A stretch of 64,000 nt of DNA, taken from the NCBI GenBank assembly GCA_002269645.1, contig NIVC01001925.1, positions 1-64,000 of the forward strand, in the 5' to 3' direction. This DNA comes from Macrostomum lignano (Eukaryota). The notes beneath the pieces were generated by a model that worked only from the letters and a program-made list of their open reading frames with translations, made no database searches and was not told the origin of the DNA. The first letter of the stretch is position 1. Each line of letters begins with the position of its first letter. Positions 61,301 to 64,000 of the stretch are shown in pieces. Made by a program: the position numbers and the translations under genes.

Positions 61301-62620
61301 TATAAACAATCATTGAAGCGTCATTTAAAAAAATCATAGAAGCGTCATGTAAACAATCACTGAAGTGTCATGTAAACAATCATAGAAGCGTCATGTAAAC
61401 AATCATAGAAGCGTCATGTAAAAAATCATAGAAGCGTCATGTAAACAATCACTGAAGCGTCATGTAAACAATCATAGAAGCGTCATGTAAACAATCATAG
61501 AAGCGTCATGTAAACAATCATAAAAGCGTCATGAAAAAATCATAGAAGCGTCATGTAAAAATAATAAAAGCGTCATGTAAAAAATCATAGAAGCGTCATG
61601 TAAAAATCATAGAAGCGTCATGTAAAAATCATAGAAGCGTCTTTTAAAAAAATCATAGAAGCGTCATGTAAACAATCATAGAAGCGTCATGTAAACAATC
61701 ATAGAAGCGTCATGTAAAAAAATCATAGAAGCGTCATGTCAAAAATCATAGAAGCGTCATGTAAAAATCATAGAAGCGTCATGTAAACAATCATAGAAGC
61801 GTCAGGCAAACAATCATAGAAGCGTCAGGCAAACAATCGTAGAAGCGTCATGTAAAAATCATAGAAGCGTCATGAAAAAAATCATAGAAGCGTCATGTAA
61901 AAATCATAGAAGCGTCATGTAAACAATCATAGAAGCGTCATGTAAACAATCATAGAAGCGTCATGTAAAAAATCATAGAAGCGTCATATAAACAATCATA
62001 GAAGCGTCATGTAAAAAATCATAGAAGCGTCATGTAAACAATCATAGAAGCGTCATGTAAAAAATCGTAGAAGCGTCATATAAAAATCATAGAAGCGTCA
62101 TGTAAAAAATTATAGAAGCGTCTTGTAAACAATCATAGAAGCGTCATGTAAAAATCATAGAAGCGACATGAAAAAATCATAGAAGCGTCATGCAAAAAAT
62201 CATAGAAGCGTCTTGTAGCAATCATAGAAGCGTCATGTAAAAATCATAGAAGCGTCATGTAAACAATCATAAAAGCGTCATGAAAAAATCATAGAAGCGT
62301 CATGCAAACAATCATAGAAGCGTCATGTAAACAATCATAGAAGTGTCATGTAAAAATCATAGAAGCGTCATGTAAACAATCATAGAAGCGTCATGTAAAC
62401 AATCATAGAATCGTCATGTAAAAATCATAGAAGCGTCATGCAAACAATTATAGAAGCGTCATGTAAAAATCATAAAAGCGTCATGCAAACAATCATAGAA
62501 GCGTCATGTAAACAATCATAGAAGCGTCATCAAAAGATCATAGAAGCCTCATATAAAAACTAATGGAAGTGTCATTTGAGAAATCATAGAAGCGTCATGG
62601 AAGAATAAAAGAAGCGTCAT
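58330..62620. repeat. About 4.3-kb satellite with a 22-23-bp unit (AAACAATCATAGAAGCGTCATGT)
   Basis: Directly visible, with variant monomers and repeated multi-monomer blocks. Confidence 0.97.
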
Positions 62621-63474
62621 GTCAGACATGAAAGAAGTGTCATGTAAAAATTAAAAGAAGCTATTGTGCTGTGCTGGGGAGAATTACTAAGATGTCAAGG
62701 CTCACGGAGAATAACTGAGATTTTGGGGAGGCGGTTTCTGAGATGCCAGAGAAGCAAAGTAGCAAACGTCAGAAGCTACTTCAAAGTACATGTAGTTTAC
62801 TTAATTTTTTATTACATTCTTTGTTGGCTCGCTACGGGGGAGGGGCGCTGATAGAAGAAGAGTCATGTAAAAAAGAAAAGAAGCACTATGTATACATAAA
62901 AGAAGAGTCATTATGTCAAAGTTAAAAGATTCATTTGGGAATTGCTACGATGCCAAGGCTTGGAGGGAATCGCTATGGTGCTGTGATTCTTAAATAAGGA
63001 ATCACTAAAATGTCAAGGCTTAGGGGAGAAGAATTGCTGAGATTTAAGGCTTTAGGTTGGGTTAAAGTTAGGTTTAGGTCAGGTTTGGGTTGATGGTTAG
63101 ATTTTAGCGGGTTTCAAGATTAACAGGGGATTTTTCAGATATCAAGGTTTATGGGGGGCATCGCTAACATGACAAGGCTTACGGGGGAATAGCTGAGATG
63201 TCAAGGCTCACGGGGGAATAACCGAGATGTCAAGGCTAAATTCACAAGCTACATGTAGATGATGTAGTTTATTGAAAAATGTTTTCATTATTTATTGGCT
63301 CTTCACGGGAAGGATCGCTGATAGATAAAGTGTAATGTAAAAAATAAAAGAAGCTTCATGTCGAAGTTAAGAGATTCATTTGGGAATCCCTACGATGTCG
63401 AGGCTTGCAGGGAATCGCTATAATGCTGTAGTGCTATAATGACTCTCGGAGAGAATTACTGAAATGTCAATGCT

Positions 63475-63504
63475 TTAGGGTTAGGGTTAGGGTTAGGGTT
63501 AGGG
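63475..63504 (+). repeat. Interstitial telomere-type repeat (TTAGGG)5
   Basis: Five perfect copies, plus a degenerate counterpart at about 63050-63100. Confidence 0.9.
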
Positions 63505-64000
63505 TTAGGTTTAGAAGGTTAACAGATTTTTTAAGATTTCAAGGCTTATGGGGGGAATTGCTAAGATGTCAAGGGGGAGTTGATATGCTAAGGCTTGTGG
63601 GGGGGGGAGGAATTGCTGGCATGTCAAGGCTTACAAGGGTTTGCTGAGGTATAATGCAAAGAGACGCTTATATGTAGTTTATTAAAAAACTTGTGCTGTA
63701 TTTTTTGGCTCCCCAACGGGGGGCGCTGATTGCTAGTCATTTTTCTAAAATTCAAAATTACCTAGCCTAAAATTTTAATATAGGTTATTTATCTACCAAT
63801 ATCTTAGCTTGTACTAGGTCTGCAGAATTTCATTTTAAGGTCATGCATAAGAGTGCTAAGTATTGATCTTCTTTAATAAACAACAACCCTTTTGTAACTC
63901 TATAGGCCACAAAATGCCAAATAAGTAAGAACTACTTCTTGTTAAATTAATATGCACTAATGTTTTGAGGTTTATTTTGAGCAGATTTATCCATTCATTT

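Noticed and set aside
58330-62620. Regularly spaced repeats as CRISPR arrays (also 22.5-29.4 kb and others)
   Set aside because: The units are head-to-tail with no unique spacers, there are no cas genes, and the context is eukaryotic.

Overview
Eukaryotic (metazoan) genomic DNA, not prokaryotic. GC-rich exons are separated by GT-AG introns, and most introns carry their own micro- or minisatellite. This style resembles the flatworm Macrostomum lignano (inference only). I reconstructed five spliced genes by hand: the 3' end of a DH-PH-SH3 RhoGEF (+), EDEM3 (+, 8 exons, about 986 aa), dolichol kinase DOLK (+, 3 exons), PHLPP (-, 11 exons, C-terminal PDZ ligand DTHL) and WDR19/IFT144 (-, 19 exons, about 1351 aa). 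The large DOLK intron holds a 4,028-bp DNA transposon with 34-bp TIRs and an AT target-site duplication (TSD), inserted precisely into a 20-bp satellite. RhoGEF, DOLK and PHLPP are each one base short of an open frame, probably from consensus indel errors. The most notable observations are: a WDR19 intron built from tandem 36-nt GTAAG...CAG mini-introns spaced by single Ts; a probable duplicated, mutually exclusive WDR19 exon pair; a 1.6-kb CpG-free block with Rab1-like peptide remnants; two copies of a tRNA-derived SINE-like element; and satellite families that share seed motifs across different genes. Most long ORFs in the supplied track are repeat artefacts.
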